Shown here in pieces: positions 36,669 to 49,121 of a DNA stretch of 64,000 nt. Made by a program: the position numbers and the translations under genes. The stretch is from Podarcis gaigeae (Eukaryota), in the NCBI GenBank assembly GCA_964106915.2, contig OZ066921.1; one strand, given 5' to 3'. The notes beneath the pieces are model-generated. The model ran no database searches. It was given only the letters and a program-made list of their open reading frames with translations, and was not told the DNA's origin. Each line of letters starts with the position of its first letter. Positions within the stretch are counted from its first letter, which is position 1.

Positions 36669-36882
36669 CTAAGCCAGTTCCAGCTGTCGGCACTTGAGGG
36701 GTGAAAGAGTGCGATTGGTGGTTCGGTTGAAAGTGTCCACCTCAGGCACAAATTTTTCAGCAGGGATTGTCAGCTTCCGCCTGACATCCATGCACTTGTT
36801 ATCCAGCGTCAGGGAGTTCAATTTGTAGACGATGTTTGCCTGGATACGGTCCAGGTGTTTGTAGAGAGCATCCAGAGCATCC
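36669..36882 (-). CDS. TEKT2: Tektin-2 terminal coding exon
   Basis: cctcag| DALDALYKHLDRIQANIVYKLNSLTLDNKCMDVRRKLTIPAEKFVPEVDTFNRTTNRTLSPLKCRQLELA-stop. CDS total 1293 nt = 430 aa. Confidence 0.95.
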
Positions 36883-37064
36883 CTGAGGAAAGAAGCCAAG
36901 GTAAATTGAACAGGGGGTTGCCTCCATTTGCCTTTAAATCAAAGCACATCCTTATCCTTTGGTGTGGTTGATGGCAACTGAATTTCAGCTATGGCACTGG
37001 GGGTGGGGTAACACTGATTTTCCATTGCAAGGGTCTCATTAATCATTTTTCTATCAGGTACAAG

Positions 37065-37436
37065 CAGGGCCGGATTTAGGTTTGATGAGGCCCTAAGCTA
37101 CTGAAGGTAATGGGGCCCTTTATATGTCCAGCTCTTCTTTGTCAACAACAAATTGTCGCTGTTTTTTGTGTTGAATGTAGGCACCCAATATATAGAAATG
37201 AGCAAACCAGTGATATTTTAGGGAACAGGCTAGCAGGTGGGGCCCATTACTTACATCACAGGAGCCTACACAACACAAAACACTGTTGCTGTATGTAGGT
37301 TTTATTTTATTTGTTTTTTATCTTATATTTTGGAAATGTACATCCAGGTTTTTTTTCCTTTAATTTTTTTTTGGGCCCCCAAGAGAGTGGGGCCCTAAGC
37401 TATAGCTTGTTTAGCTTATACATAAATCCAGCACTG
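37065..37436. mobile_element. Non-autonomous hAT transposon in the last TEKT2 intron
   Basis: TIRs CAGGGCCGGATTTA / TAAATCCAGCACTG; perfect 8-bp TSD GGTACAAG (37057-37064, 37437-37444). Confidence 0.9.
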
Positions 37437-38284
37437 GGTACAAGTTACGCTTACGATGGCAGATTATCTTGGAGGAAGAAGGATCTCTCTCCCCATGGCA
37501 GGGCCTCCCTGTAAATCGTGTAAGGAACTGTTTTCAGCCTAAGGGCCACATTCAAATGTGAGGGAGCCACAAATGTAAATTTTGCCTTTGTATCATGGTA
37601 GGCTAGTTTGTATCATGGTAGGCTAGTTACTACATACTCCATCTATCCAACCAAGCAAGAGGCATTAATGAGAGTTCAGGAGCATGGTCCAGCCAGGCAA
37701 AAGCTCTTGAAGTGCAGTTTCCATCATCCCCAACCACTGGATATGCTGGCTGGAGCTGATGGGAGCTAGAGTTCCAGAACATCTGGAGGGCAACAGATTA
37801 GCCACCCCTGGTGCAAAAGAACAGGGGAAATGTTTCTGATTTCTAAGCTTATGTATTATAAAATACACACTATGTCTTGGATTTATTATTGTGGACTTCC
37901 TACTGGGACCAGATATTAGCAAGTCATCCCATGCACTGGAATCCAGGAGATGCCATCTTGCATCTATCACCTAAGGATCATGCACAGAGCCCACTATTTT
38001 GACCTAATAATTACCAGCCTCTCTTATAATGCTGCAGTGTGAAAGACACATTGATGCTGCATCACAAAAGATTTGGGGATTATGCTCCTAGCCTGTATAA
38101 AGTCAGCTTCCCATGTTCTGTTTTCACTCATATATCTAGGTGATCCTAGTGAACAGCCATGGCCTCCTGCAACCTAGGCAGCATATGCTGACCCAAGGCC
38201 ACAACTTGCAACTGATGCTTACTTAAAAACAGCCTATTCCCTTTCTCTGTTGAATTTTGTTTTTGTTTTTAGGGAGGTACATAC

Positions 38285-38364
38285 TGTAACTGTGCCAGCT
38301 TCTGATTCAGACAAGCAATGGTGCCTTCCAGCTGATGCACCTCATCTGTCAATCCATGCTGAGC
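38285..38364 (-). CDS. TEKT2: Tektin-2 coding exon 8
   Basis: tttcag| AQHGLTDEVHQLEGTIACLNQKLAQL |gtatgt; 80 nt. Confidence 0.92.
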
Positions 38365-38823
38365 CTGAAAGCCAAGGACGAGAGAGGGACGTCAAGCTTC
38401 AATACGTCGCAAATGGTAGCTTTGCCAAGAAAAGGTGATTACTCCTGGGTTAAACTGTCAGCTCCCCTTAATATTACTGTTATGGTCTGGCTTATACAAA
38501 AAAGCCCAAGAAGCTGCAAGGCTATCACTATTAGTAATAGTAGTAGTAGTTCTATGCCACCCTTCAACTGAGGATAACAAACAGTTTACAATATAAAAAC
38601 AGAAAAATACATTGCACAGTAGCAAGCAAAAGGAATCACACACACACACACACACATACACATCCCACGTGAATAGGCAGTGGAGTGGAGTGCAGTTAAA
38701 GCCTTCTGCAAGCAGCCTTTAAAATGTGCTTAATGCCTTCTCTCTGCCTTGCCTTGCCTCTGGTGCACAAGGCCAGCTGTCACTCCTGTCTGCCCACAAT
38801 TCTAAGCTAGAGGTTTGCTGTAC

Positions 38824-38967
38824 CTGGTCACGGCAAAGCTCTGTGTTGGAGCGGTAAGTCCGGGTCTCCAGACGGGTATGAGCCAGTTTCAGATTCACCA
38901 CCTTTGCCCGGATGTCGTCTTCCAGGCGCCTGATGTCCTCTTCCATTTCTGCTATTTCTTCTAGGGT
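38824..38967 (-). CDS. TEKT2: Tektin-2 coding exon 7 (tektin signature)
   Basis: tttcag| TLEEIAEMEEDIRRLEDDIRAKVVNLKLAHTRLETRTYRSNTELCRDQ |gtacag; RSNTELCRD is a variant of the tektin RPNVELCRD nonapeptide; 144 nt. Confidence 0.96.
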
Positions 38968-39957
38968 CTGAAAAAAGCAAAGACACCATGGGGAGAGAGG
39001 CTTAGAAGTGGTTGCCACCTCTGTCTGTGAGGTGGGCCATACAGGAGGGGCACATGCAATGGCAGAGCTTTGCATGCAGGAAGTCCCAGGTTTAGTCCCC
39101 AGCAGTATCTCCAGGTTGTGGGATAACTGCCCTGAGACATCCAGGTATAGGGTAGTATATTAATTCAATCAACAAACAAACAAACAAACAAACAAAATAC
39201 TTAAGTCTAATTAATGCATGAAAGGGTTAATATAATAGAGTAAGCTGTCCTCCTCAACTTAACTATGGCTCATCTTTCTTGGGGAAAGGGCCACACTGAC
39301 ACATAGCCAGCTCTCTGATGGCCACGTGGCAAAGTGGGTGTGACCCAAGTATGAAAGTGAGTGTGGCAATGATTGCGGTTCTCAAGGCTGCCTTCCAAAA
39401 GGGGACCTGCAGAAGCAGTCAGAAACTAAATGAAATGGGATGAGATGGAATGGAATACTATTTTTAAGAGAAAATGTGTCACAGACAAATTTGGGAGAGT
39501 TTTGGGTTTTATCAACCAAGTGTCACAGTGAGGGACTTACAGAAGCAGCTAGTAAAGAACCATCTGAAGACAGAGAAGTTTTTTTTAATGTTTAATGTTT
39601 TAACATGTTTTTATGAATGTTGGGAGCTGCCCAGAGTGGCTGGGGCAACTGTCAGATGGGCAGGGTATAAATAATAAAATGATGATGATGAAATAGGATG
39701 TCCCTATTTTCATCAGAGAAATGTTGAAGGGTCTGAAGTAGGTCATGAAATAAAGGCTCCCTACCCCTCCTTCAGGCACTGGAAAAAAAGGAGAAACCCC
39801 CTCCAAGACTGCAGATGATAACACTCTGAATTGTGGAAGAACCTTAGCATAAACCCTTCAGATCCGAGGGAGACTCTGCACTTGGAACAGACATTCTACA
39901 TGTGTCATTTAAAAAAAAATATGCAGGGCAGGTCTCCAATGCCAGCCAAGGACTTAC

Positions 39958-40065
39958 ATTCTTCTCTTGCCACCTCAGCTCATCAAGGGCTTGCTCCACT
40001 TCATGGAGCCTCTTGCGGAAGGCAAATTCTGTGGCCACGCGCTGAGCTTCTAGTTCGTTCTCAGT
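39958..40065 (-). CDS. TEKT2: Tektin-2 coding exon 6
   Basis: ttctag| TENELEAQRVATEFAFRKRLHEVEQALDELRWQEKN |gtaagt; 108 nt. Confidence 0.94.
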
Positions 40066-40082
40066 CTAGAATAGGAAACACA

Positions 40083-40229
40083 CATGGGCATAGCCAGAGG
40101 GGGGCAGAGAGGGGCAGCTGCCCCCCTAAATCAATAAAAGGCAATAAAAATACATAGCTAACTGAGGTTCTGCCCCCCTCCCAACGAAAGGCCTGGCCCC
40201 TACTAACAAAAATCCTGGCTACGCCCATG
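40083..40229. mobile_element. Small hAT-like MITE
   Basis: TIRs CATGGGCATAGCCAG / CTGGCTACGCCCATG; degenerate 8-bp TSD GAAACACA/GAATCAGA. Confidence 0.8.
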
Positions 40230-40757
40230 GAATCAGATATAAAAAGTTAGGCCACTATCATGCCATAGTTTAAGAACTGCACATAGATTGAGAGAGCCAT
40301 CACTTTGCAATGATGTATACTGACTTGGCTGTTGACCAAACAGATTTTACAGGATTTTGAAATGTAGATGGGCACAATGGGTTTTGGAAAGGAAAAAAAG
40401 TTGAACAAGTATATATGCCACAAACAACGATTCCTCTTTCAAACCACTTTTAATTCTCAAAAAAAAAAAAAAACACCAAAATCCCAAGCTGCATCCAGCA
40501 AAGTTGTTCCCTTAGCACAAGGACTACTACTTGCACAGTGGAACTTTCCCTCCTGCTCCCCCCCACGAGCCCCCCCACATGTTTTCCGGGGTTTCCCCAA
40601 CCCTCTGGAGCAGATTTGGGGAAGGGGATGAGTGAGAGAGGAGAGGGAGGGGGTCGTTCCATTGCACAGGCGATTGCCTTTGAGCTAACAAGGCTGTTGG
40701 AATAATCAGCCTTTAATTAAACAGCCTTTGCCTCTTTCCTCCTTCTTCTACTGCATC

Positions 40758-41450
40758 CTCTCTCGCCTCTCTCGCCCTGACCTAGCCACTGTGATCCACG
40801 TGACGGTCACCTCCAGACTGGATTATTGTAACTCGCTCTACGTGGGGCTGCCCTTGAGACTGACCCAGAAACTCCAGCAGGTGCAGAATGCCGCAGCAAG
40901 ACTCCTTACAGGGTCCTCGCTGCGAGATCACATTCAGCCGGTGCTTTACCAGCTGCACTGGCTCCCAGTGGAGTACAGGATCAGGTTTAAGGTGCTGGTT
41001 TTAACCTTTAAAGCCCTATACGGCCTAGGACCCTCATACCTACGGGACCGCCTCTCCTGGTATGTCCCACAGAGAAACTTACGGTCTTCAAATAAAAACA
41101 TCTTGAAGGTCCCAGGCCACAGAGAGGTTAGGCTGGCCTCAACTAGAGCCAGGGCTTTTTCGGATGTGGCTCCGATCTGGTGGAACACTCTGTCACAAGA
41201 GACTAGGGCCCTGAGGGACTTGACATCTTTCCGCAGGGCCTGCAAGACAGAGCTGTTCCAACAGGCCTTTGGCCAGGGCACAGCCTGACTCCCTCCTTCG
41301 GCAATCTTCGCGGAGCTCTGGCCCAATGGTTGCCAGTGGTTTGTTTTGAATTAATTTTATAATGAATGATTTTAGAGTGTTGTACTGTTGTACTGTTTTA
41401 TTGTTGTTAGCTGCCCTGAGCCCGGCTTTGGCTGGGGAGGGCGGGTTATA
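40758..41450 (+). mobile_element. L2-clade LINE 3' fragment with open ORF2 C-terminus
   Basis: VTSRLDYCNSLYVGLP...KLQQVQNAAARLL...LHWLPVEYRIRFKVL...RAFS.VAPIWWN.L; followed by an (ATT)n tail. Confidence 0.9.
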
Positions 41451-41451
41451 A

Positions 41452-41495
<44 letters not shown>

Positions 41496-41511
41496 CATCA
41501 TCATCATCATC
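41451..41511. repeat. (ATT)n(ATC)n microsatellite forming the L2 tail
   Basis: Read directly from the sequence. Confidence 0.95.
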
Positions 41512-41922
41512 CAGTAAAGGTTGGTGATCCTGAGCAAAAAAGTTTAATTTCAGCAGTATAATTTTAGGCTGCAGGGATCCATCTAGTTGCTGCCATTGAT
41601 AAATCATTAGGCGCCGGAAAGCTTTGCACTAAAAGATCTTCCAGTAGATCCAGATCAGACATTCAGTAAATTACTTTGAAAACAAGTCACCTTAATTATG
41701 GAGCTACTCACAGCCTTTGCCAACCTGAAGCCCTCAAAATGCTTTGGACTATACTGTAACTCCCATCAGGTGGGAGGTGTGGTACTTCTTAGGACCGATG
41801 GGAGTTGCAGTCCAAAATACCTACAAAGCACCAGGGTGGCAAAGGCTGCTCTATAACATACAGTAATGTATCTTCTCCATCAAGAGCCTTCCTAGGAGCC
41901 AACAGGAAGCCGTGTGGTTTAC

Positions 41923-42037
41923 CTGGGCAATGGTGAGGGCCATGGCTTCTCGCAGATCTGAGGCTGCTTTCATTTCTGCCTCTGCTCGATCCTTGTTGTA
42001 TTGAGTGATCTGATCCCATTCCTCTGGAGTGAGAGTT
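41923..42037 (-). CDS. TEKT2: Tektin-2 coding exon 5
   Basis: ttgtag| TLTPEEWDQITQYNKDRAEAEMKAASDLREAMALTIAQ |gtaaac; 115 nt. Confidence 0.94.
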
Positions 42038-43191
42038 CTACAATAGGCAGAAGGAAAAGATGGCCTGGTTGTTAGGTTCAGTTTTTCACACACACTTTCT
42101 CCCTGTATTGCCTTGCATATTTTTAAACTATATATCTGCAGCTTTGGAAGCCAATGGTCAGAAAAGAGCATACTGTATAAATGAAGTTTAACTCACTCAC
42201 CCACCCATGCAGTGCACTTAATAAAAGCACACTAAGCTAGCAGTGTGCCAAATATTTCTTCTGCATTTTTTTTCCTGACCATTCTCCATCAATTAATGAG
42301 GAAAGAAATGACACTGGGGAAAATACTGAAGGGGATACAAAATTCAGTGAAACACATGGGGTTTTGATGTACTTCCCTTAATTCTGAGGTGGGCAAGCGA
42401 CTGTTTGAGTGACTGAGTGCCCTTCTCTTCATTCTATAAATCTTCTCTCCAGCAGTTTGCACTCTGCAGCACACACACCCCCCACACACACCTGCATATC
42501 TGTCCTTCCTGAAAGCCTCATGAAGTCGTTGGCTGGGCTTTCCTCTAAGTACAGAAGGTAGGGCTGCTGCCCCTCCTGGGCGCTGCTTGTTGTTTTAAAA
42601 AACGAGACTTTACTTTTAAGGAAATCATTACAGAAAGATTAAAGGTAGAATGACGTACTTTTTAAGAAGACAAAAGGAAGCACTTTTTAAACAATATCGG
42701 TGAACACATTGATTGCAGGTGCTTGGTAACTACTTTCACCAGTTTCCTACACTTCAATCAAAGCCGAGGGGAAGACATGATGTTAACTCCGCCCATGGGA
42801 GAAGGCCCAAGCAACTGGGGAGGCTGCAGAGGGCAGGAGAGATGTTTAATGGGAAGAAAAACACATCCCACCACAACCCACTGTTACCTCACAAGGATGA
42901 GACCTAATTCCAAGCTTACCAAAAGTGCGAGGAAATTATAAAGCACCCTGTGAAAAAGGCAGAAAAACAAAAGCCTCTTTTGTTGGAGAGGGACAATTTC
43001 AAGAAGTTGCAGTCATAACGAGGGCTTAGCATAGGCCTCCAGTTGTCATGCCACACCCTGCTCTGGGCCTCCAACGGAAAGGTACAGCTAGGGCACTCGG
43101 GAAGGGGCACTTCAGTTGCCACATTCTGTCTAACAGGAGGGCTGGCCCTGAGATGAAGGTGGAACTCAATACCTTTTGGACACAACCTTAC

Positions 43192-43335
43192 CCAGTCGGC
43201 ACTCTGGTAGGATTAACTTTATAGGAGATATTTGGAGAGTTGATATTGAGGGAAACACAGGTCCGGTCAATCTCCACGGCTTCAGTTTTCCCTCGATGGG
43301 CAAAGTTCAGCTGTTGGCGGGCTTCCTGCAACAAG
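43192..43335 (-). CDS. TEKT2: Tektin-2 coding exon 4
   Basis: catag| LLQEARQQLNFAHRGKTEAVEIDRTCVSLNINSPNISYKVNPTRVPT |gtaagg; 144 nt. Not in the ORF track; translated by hand. Confidence 0.92.
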
Positions 43336-43631
43336 CTATGAATTAAAAGTGGGGGGGGGGGAGGCAAAGGGCAGACATGAAGGGATGTAAGAGAATATTC
43401 AGGTGGAAGTCTTCAGATTTATTCCCCTTTCATTTTGTTTAGCAATCAGCAATTAAAACTCCTATAAATTGTTGGCAGTCAAAAAAGTCTCCCATCTGTA
43501 GCAGAATATATTCTCACATGATGGTGCCATTAATGCTGAATGCAGCACACACCATATACAAGTGTAGCTGTATATTTTGCCTACAACACAAAGTCCTTGT
43601 ATCACTGCTAGAACTTCTTTTAAGAAAAACA

Positions 43632-44030
43632 TGGCAGAGATGACTGGCAGAATCCGAGACCAGGATAGAGAGACTGTGGAAGAAGATTGGAAGAAGTTTA
43701 AAGACTATCTTAATAAATATTATAAAATTAATGAAGGCTAAAAAGATATGGGTTTAAAAATTAGTGGTTTACAGGGGTATTGACTAAGGAAAAAGAATAG
43801 AATAAATAAATATATATATATGGAAATATGGGAATGGATTTGCTGATAAGATAAATGAGATTAGAATACAGAAGGGGGAGGTGTGAGGAGGTCGGTGAAA
43901 TTGGGTTTAGAAAATAAGGTTTGAAAGTATACTTGTTTTTGTTTTTGTTTGTTGGTATGTTTTTATTGTTGCTTGTATTTGTGTTTATATGTGTTTATTG
44001 GAAACTTAATAAATATCATTAAAAAAAAAA
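43632..44030 (+). mobile_element. L1-type LINE 3' fragment with poly(A) tail and 21-bp TSD
   Basis: GAACTTCTTTTAAGAAAAACA at 43611-43631 and 44031-44051; ORF2-like end MAEMTGRIRDQDRETVEEDWKKFKDYL; AATAAA followed by an A-run. Confidence 0.85.
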
Positions 44031-45032
44031 GAACTTCTTTTAAGAAAAACAGAGGAATTTATAGTTGCAGAGCAATTACAATCCCCCCAAATCACTTTAA
44101 ATCTAGGATTGTGTAAACAAGACAATCAGATGCTAAAAGGGAGCTGAATATGATGGGGAATGAGCCCCCAAGTAATTGGGGTGCTTTGATTATCCCATTA
44201 CTTTCTCTGCCAAATAAAATAAGTTATAAACAATGCAATGGCCTTTCTCTTGGGTATGGTATACTAGGTGGTGTTTCAGTTTGCTTTTTTTTTTAATTGA
44301 CCAAATAGTAGCAAAGATATAAAAGGTGTTCTACAAGGTACACTGAAAATCTGTTGGAATGTGGGAGCCTGAGATGTCAAATGTCCAGTTAAATTCTAAC
44401 ACCAGCCAGTAAATTTATGATTTTGGGTACTAGAGATAATACTGTTTCAGTGATTCTTAAAAAGTGTCCCCCTATTGTTTTAGTATTGCTTTTATAATAT
44501 ATAACCCTAGAATACTTTTCAAAAGGCAGGATATTAACTGGCAGCACAATCCCAACCAAGCCACCTCAGAAGTAAATTTAAACGTGAATTTAATGGGGCT
44601 TATTCTCAGTTAAGTGGAGTTAGGATTGCAGCCAAAGTAAGTAAATAAATGAAGTATGGCATGCCTTACAAGGTTGGTGCAATTATTACTGAAAGAATGT
44701 ATGTGATGCTCAAATGTGGTGGAAATTTGAAATGCACTGTTGCTACAAACATCTAAGTATTGCTATGCAGTGCTTTTTTTCTAGAAAAACTGGTACCAGA
44801 AATGGCCCCTCACTGCCTTTTCCCACCCACACCTGCCTCCCTCCCTGGCCCCCACAACCCCGCCCCAATGCGACCCTACAAGCTCTTCCCATCCAAAGGC
44901 TGGCTATGTGTCATTCTGCACCATTAAGACAAGTTGCACCTCCTCTGGCATCCCACACTGCATTTAACTCAGTTTGATGCCTCAGACACAATACCAATAT
45001 GTTGTACTTGACCACCAAGTCTTTTGACTCAC

Positions 45033-45238
45033 CAGAGCTGCTCAAAGGCCTCGCTCACTTTCTGCTGAAGATCTTTCGTAGTAGCATCAATCACCTCCAC
45101 CTCTTTGTGCAGCTCTTCCTCGACAGGATCCTTCACCACATCGATGTCTCGGCGACTTTCCCGCAGAGTGAGATTTTCAATGGCCACATCCAGTTGCAAG
45201 TTCTTAGCCTGCAGGGCACGCTCTGCCTCCTCCTTCAT
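45033..45238 (-). CDS. TEKT2: Tektin-2 coding exon 3
   Basis: ttcag| MKEEAERALQAKNLQLDVAIENLTLRESRRDIDVVKDPVEEELHKEVEVI...AFEQL |gtgagt; 206 nt. Confidence 0.95.
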
Positions 45239-45789
45239 CTGAAGGGAAGAAGCAAAAATAAGATAAGGGGTTGACCTCACCTTCCCAACTTGAGGTTTCA
45301 TCTCAAAGAGGTCACTGAATTTCCTTCCATCTTTAGCATCACAGAAACCATTGGTTACATGCCAACTACTGCACAGAACCACCCAAACCACTTTCTCAGC
45401 ACACCAAAATTGAGTTGCATGACCTTTACCCTTCATTGCGCAATTCTTTCTTATTCGGCGATCACTCGTAGCATTGTAAGATTGTCTTCCATGAACACGC
45501 TTTTAACAATGAATCGGTAAGTGCACATGCACGCACACTCAACCCGGATAAAAGCATAAATAATCCTTACATGCCACAGAAATGCCAGTGGCCTCCGATG
45601 ACCTTCATTCCAAGGAAGCCAGATCCAAGGCATGTGCTGGGACCCCCTGAGACCTCCCACCCCAAGAGACTGGGGTGCACCTAACAACACATTGTGTGAA
45701 TTGTTTTCACACTTCTGCACACTATCCTGGAATCTCCTGGTGAAATTCAGTTTAGGAACACCATAAATGAGTAAGTCTGCACTACATAC

Positions 45790-45915
45790 TTGAGTCAAGG
45801 CATAGATTTCCGTGTCGATGTCCGTGAGGCATTTGTCCAGAGTTTCCTTCGCTCGATTGACGACTTCAATCCGCTCAAGAAGGCGTGTGCGGTTGTCATA
45901 TTCATCCCATTTTGT
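45790..45915 (-). CDS. TEKT2: Tektin-2 coding exon 2
   Basis: tccag| TKWDEYDNRTRLLERIEVVNRAKETLDKCLTDIDTEIYALTQ |gtatgt; 126 nt. Confidence 0.94.
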
Positions 45916-46405
45916 CTGGAGAGGAGAGAGGCAATGGTTTCAAACCCCCCTTTCAGGGCATCAGCAGCATGGTTCTTACAGGTTCTTACCATGCCCTTCC
46001 TTATCTTGACAAGTTCCTGGCCCATTCTTTAGACATGTACATTTCATACAGACATGCTAGTGTGGAAATTATTTGTGAACAACCTTTCCTTGGTTTTGTG
46101 AGGAAAGGCTGAAGCTTCCTTCACTCTACTTTCTCAAAAAAACACACACAAAAAACAAAAAAAACCCCACACAATAAAAACCCTCAAATGATTAAATTTC
46201 AGTTACAATTCAGGATGAACCAATCTGCCAATTTTGGTTCCTCATAATTTCTCAATTTGTATTTCTGTTCTGCCTATTCAGCAATGATCCCATGCTCTCC
46301 TCTCCCCATTCCACCACGACCTCCAGATTTTGGACCCCAAATTATCATTTTAGTTCGTTTGTTTTTGTTTGGAAACACAGAAAAGAAGCTCAAATACTTG
46401 CCCAC

Positions 46406-46561
46406 CTGGTTATTTGTTTCATTGCGAAGGATCCGGCCCTCCTGCCTGATCTGGTGGGATGCCAAGCGCTGTCGCTCAGCATTGGTTGCAATGAGGTCAA
46501 AGTGGGTGCGCCAGTCTGGAAGTGTGTACCTCTGGCCGGGCTTCACACTCAGAGTAGCCAT
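46406..46561 (-). CDS. TEKT2: Tektin-2 coding exon 1 (exon starts at 46573 after a splice acceptor)
   Basis: gccATGGCT; MATLSVKPGQRYTLPDWRTHFDLIATNAERQRLASHQIRQEGRILRNETNNQ; donor CAG|gtggg; 156 nt. Confidence 0.95.
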
Positions 46562-48618
46562 GGCAGCAACATTCTAGGAAAGACAAAAATGAAGGTGACA
46601 CATTCAGAGATACCGGACTCAGGGGCCAACATACTTGCTCAACACATAGCAGTCTGCTATGCATTACACTTTGTTTTTCTGAATTACAAGCAAATTGTTT
46701 TTTTTGGGGGGGTGACGATGACTTTTATTTTACTTAACAAAATTTACAGACTGCTTAATAAACAAAATCTAAGTTGCTTGCATAAAAAAATAGAAAATAC
46801 TAGAAAAAAAATAATCAAGACTTCTAACTGGTGATAGCCTTGGTGATGGGCCATTAAGGAGAGCAAAGGAAGGGGCTCTGTGGGAGATGGCAAATGGGTG
46901 GATAGAATCACCTCCCTCAACCCGCATGGGAGTTAGAAGGGAAAAGGGAAAAGGGAGTTGGAAGGGAAAAGCCAGAGGTGAAAGTTGAGTTTTAGTAGTG
47001 ATGTGAGCTAGAGGAAAAAGCAGCAAACTGGAGAGAGTCAGAGCAAATGGCTTCCAATGTCTCCATTGAAATACCTTTGGTTATTGGGGGTGGAGTACAG
47101 GGGTTGGGGACACTTCTCATCTGTTTATTTTTATTTACTAAACATAAGTCAAACAAAATTCAAAAGAGCAAAATAAGTTCTCCATTTAGGGCAGTACAGC
47201 TGATGCAAAATTTCCTGGAAAACACACATCCTTGCTTTCAAACTTTAAAATGTTGCAGGGGTTGAAACTACTGTGTACTCCCCTGCCATATTGGCTGACC
47301 CTCTTTCCACCTACTTCTTTTCAGTTGTCATTATTATGTACATTGAATAAACCTGTACAAAGAGGGTTGGGAAGTCTATTGTCCTTCAGACGTTGTTGGA
47401 CTACATCTTCCATCACCCTTGACCTTGGCCATCTGGTTGTGTGTTATGGGAATTGAAGTACAACATCTGGAAAGCCACATGCTCTCTACCCTTGCTGTAA
47501 AATTTGTGACCCACTGAGTCAATAACCCTCCTTGTTTTGCTGCCTAGCGCATGCTCTATTTCTATTCCTGCCAGTTCCTCAATGCTGCTCATGATGGCAT
47601 ACATTCTGTTATCCGATCCCTTTTATCCTAACAACAGCCCTGTGAGGTAGATTGAAGCAAGACAGCAAGAAAACCAAGCCCACGTTTACTCTATGACAAT
47701 CCAGAGCTGAGTATGGATTGGAACCCATAGTTCCCCAGTCCTCGTCCAATAAAACCTCTACACTAATCTGAACCAAATGTGAGCAGCAAAAATTATGTCC
47801 AAACTGCTTCTTCTGCAGAGGGGAACATTTTCACCTCCACAGAGATTTCAAAGGGGTTCCCTGTAACTCTAGCCAATAGGTGCTGATAGCATATATTCAG
47901 AGAAGGTTGCTGTGACTTTCACAGGTGTCAAATACCTGGTGTCATTATGATGTCAGGTGACTGACAGGTGTCTGGCCCCACCCACCTGCAAAGCTTTGTT
48001 CTGGTCTATCCCACTGTGGGCAGGTCACAGAAGACGGTTGATAGGCTGCTTCAGGTGAGGTGGGCCAGGGTATTAAAATCCAGGGAGAATGAAGAAAAAG
48101 TAAAACCTCTCCGAACTCTCTCTGCTCTAAAGAACTATGCTTTCCGCTCCTCCTGCCTGAGATTGGTGTGTATTCTGCAACAGCTTACTAGTACCCTGCT
48201 TATCCCTCCCTGTTAATGTTAATGGCAGCTGATGAGGTTTCTTCTCCCACCCTGTTCTATTTGCATTTTTTTTTTAATTTAAAAAATCACACACTTTGTT
48301 AGACAGCAACATGTAGATGTTCCTGTGAGGAAGGAGGAGGTGGTGGTGGCAGCATTTGGTTTTGCCAAAATTTATCAGGCTAGCCTAATGAATTGTTGTT
48401 ACTGGTAGGAGAAAAGGAGGGTACTCTGCCCAGTAGGAAAAGCGGCACGTTCAGTAGGAAAAGCTGTGGAAAGATTTTGAACGAAATTATTTAAGACAGA
48501 AGTGGGAGGTGGAACAGAAGGTTGACAAAGTGGATGCAGAACACAATTTTGACTTGCATAGAAAGAAAGAGAGAGATCCCCAACAACAACTGTCTCTACC
48601 CTTCCATCATCAACTCAC

Positions 48619-48811
48619 CACTCCTCTTCTCCAGGCAGGCAGTCCTCCTCTTGGCCTCCGCTTCCTACAACTGCTCTTCTGTGTTATCAGCCTGGTTGCT
48701 AAGCACGCTTTGTGCCTGTTGCCAGGCAGCCATTCTCAACAGAAGCCAATCAGATAGAATCCCCCTGCAAGTGTTTACAAAGGGGGAGGGGGAGGGGCAA
48801 GCCATGGCAAC
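48619..48811 (-). promoter_or_regulatory. TEKT2: Candidate TEKT2 non-coding first exon and promoter with RFX X-box-like motifs and a CCAAT box
   Basis: Minus-strand donor G|GTGAGT at 48619/48618; GTTGCTAAGCACG (48695), GTTGCCAGGCAGC (48718), CCAAT (48746), GCCATGGCAAC (48801). The ATG exon begins at a splice acceptor, so an upstream exon is expected. Confidence 0.6.
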
Positions 48812-49121
48812 CTGGAGATCTGAAAAAGAAAAGGCTTCAAAGGGCTGGTGAAACTGATTCGATCACAGAAGAGCAGGCTGGGTTACTCTCACCCTGCCTA
48901 TCCAACTCAGAGGTTACAACAAGGAGCAGTGGATTTGAGAGGGGCTCAGGGCAATAAATGCCTCCCTAAGTGTATCTGGTGGATTGCTCTGCTGTCTTGG
49001 TTTAATCTTGCATATGTGTTTTCAAGATCAATGGAATACACCTAGATAGCATTCCCCCCTCCAAAAAAATGTGTTCATCTTCTGCAGGGCTAGTAAAGAG
49101 GGTATAGTTTTTCACAAGTAA

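Noticed and set aside
37589-37628. 20-bp tandem duplication TGTATCATGGTAGGCTAGTT (similar ones at ~1047-1090 and 48431-48464)
   Set aside because: Two-copy local duplications; ordinary slippage, not a CRISPR-like or functional array.
40758-40775. 9-bp tandem repeat CTCTCTCGC at the L2 5' junction
   Set aside because: Short and low-complexity; cannot be told apart from simple slippage.
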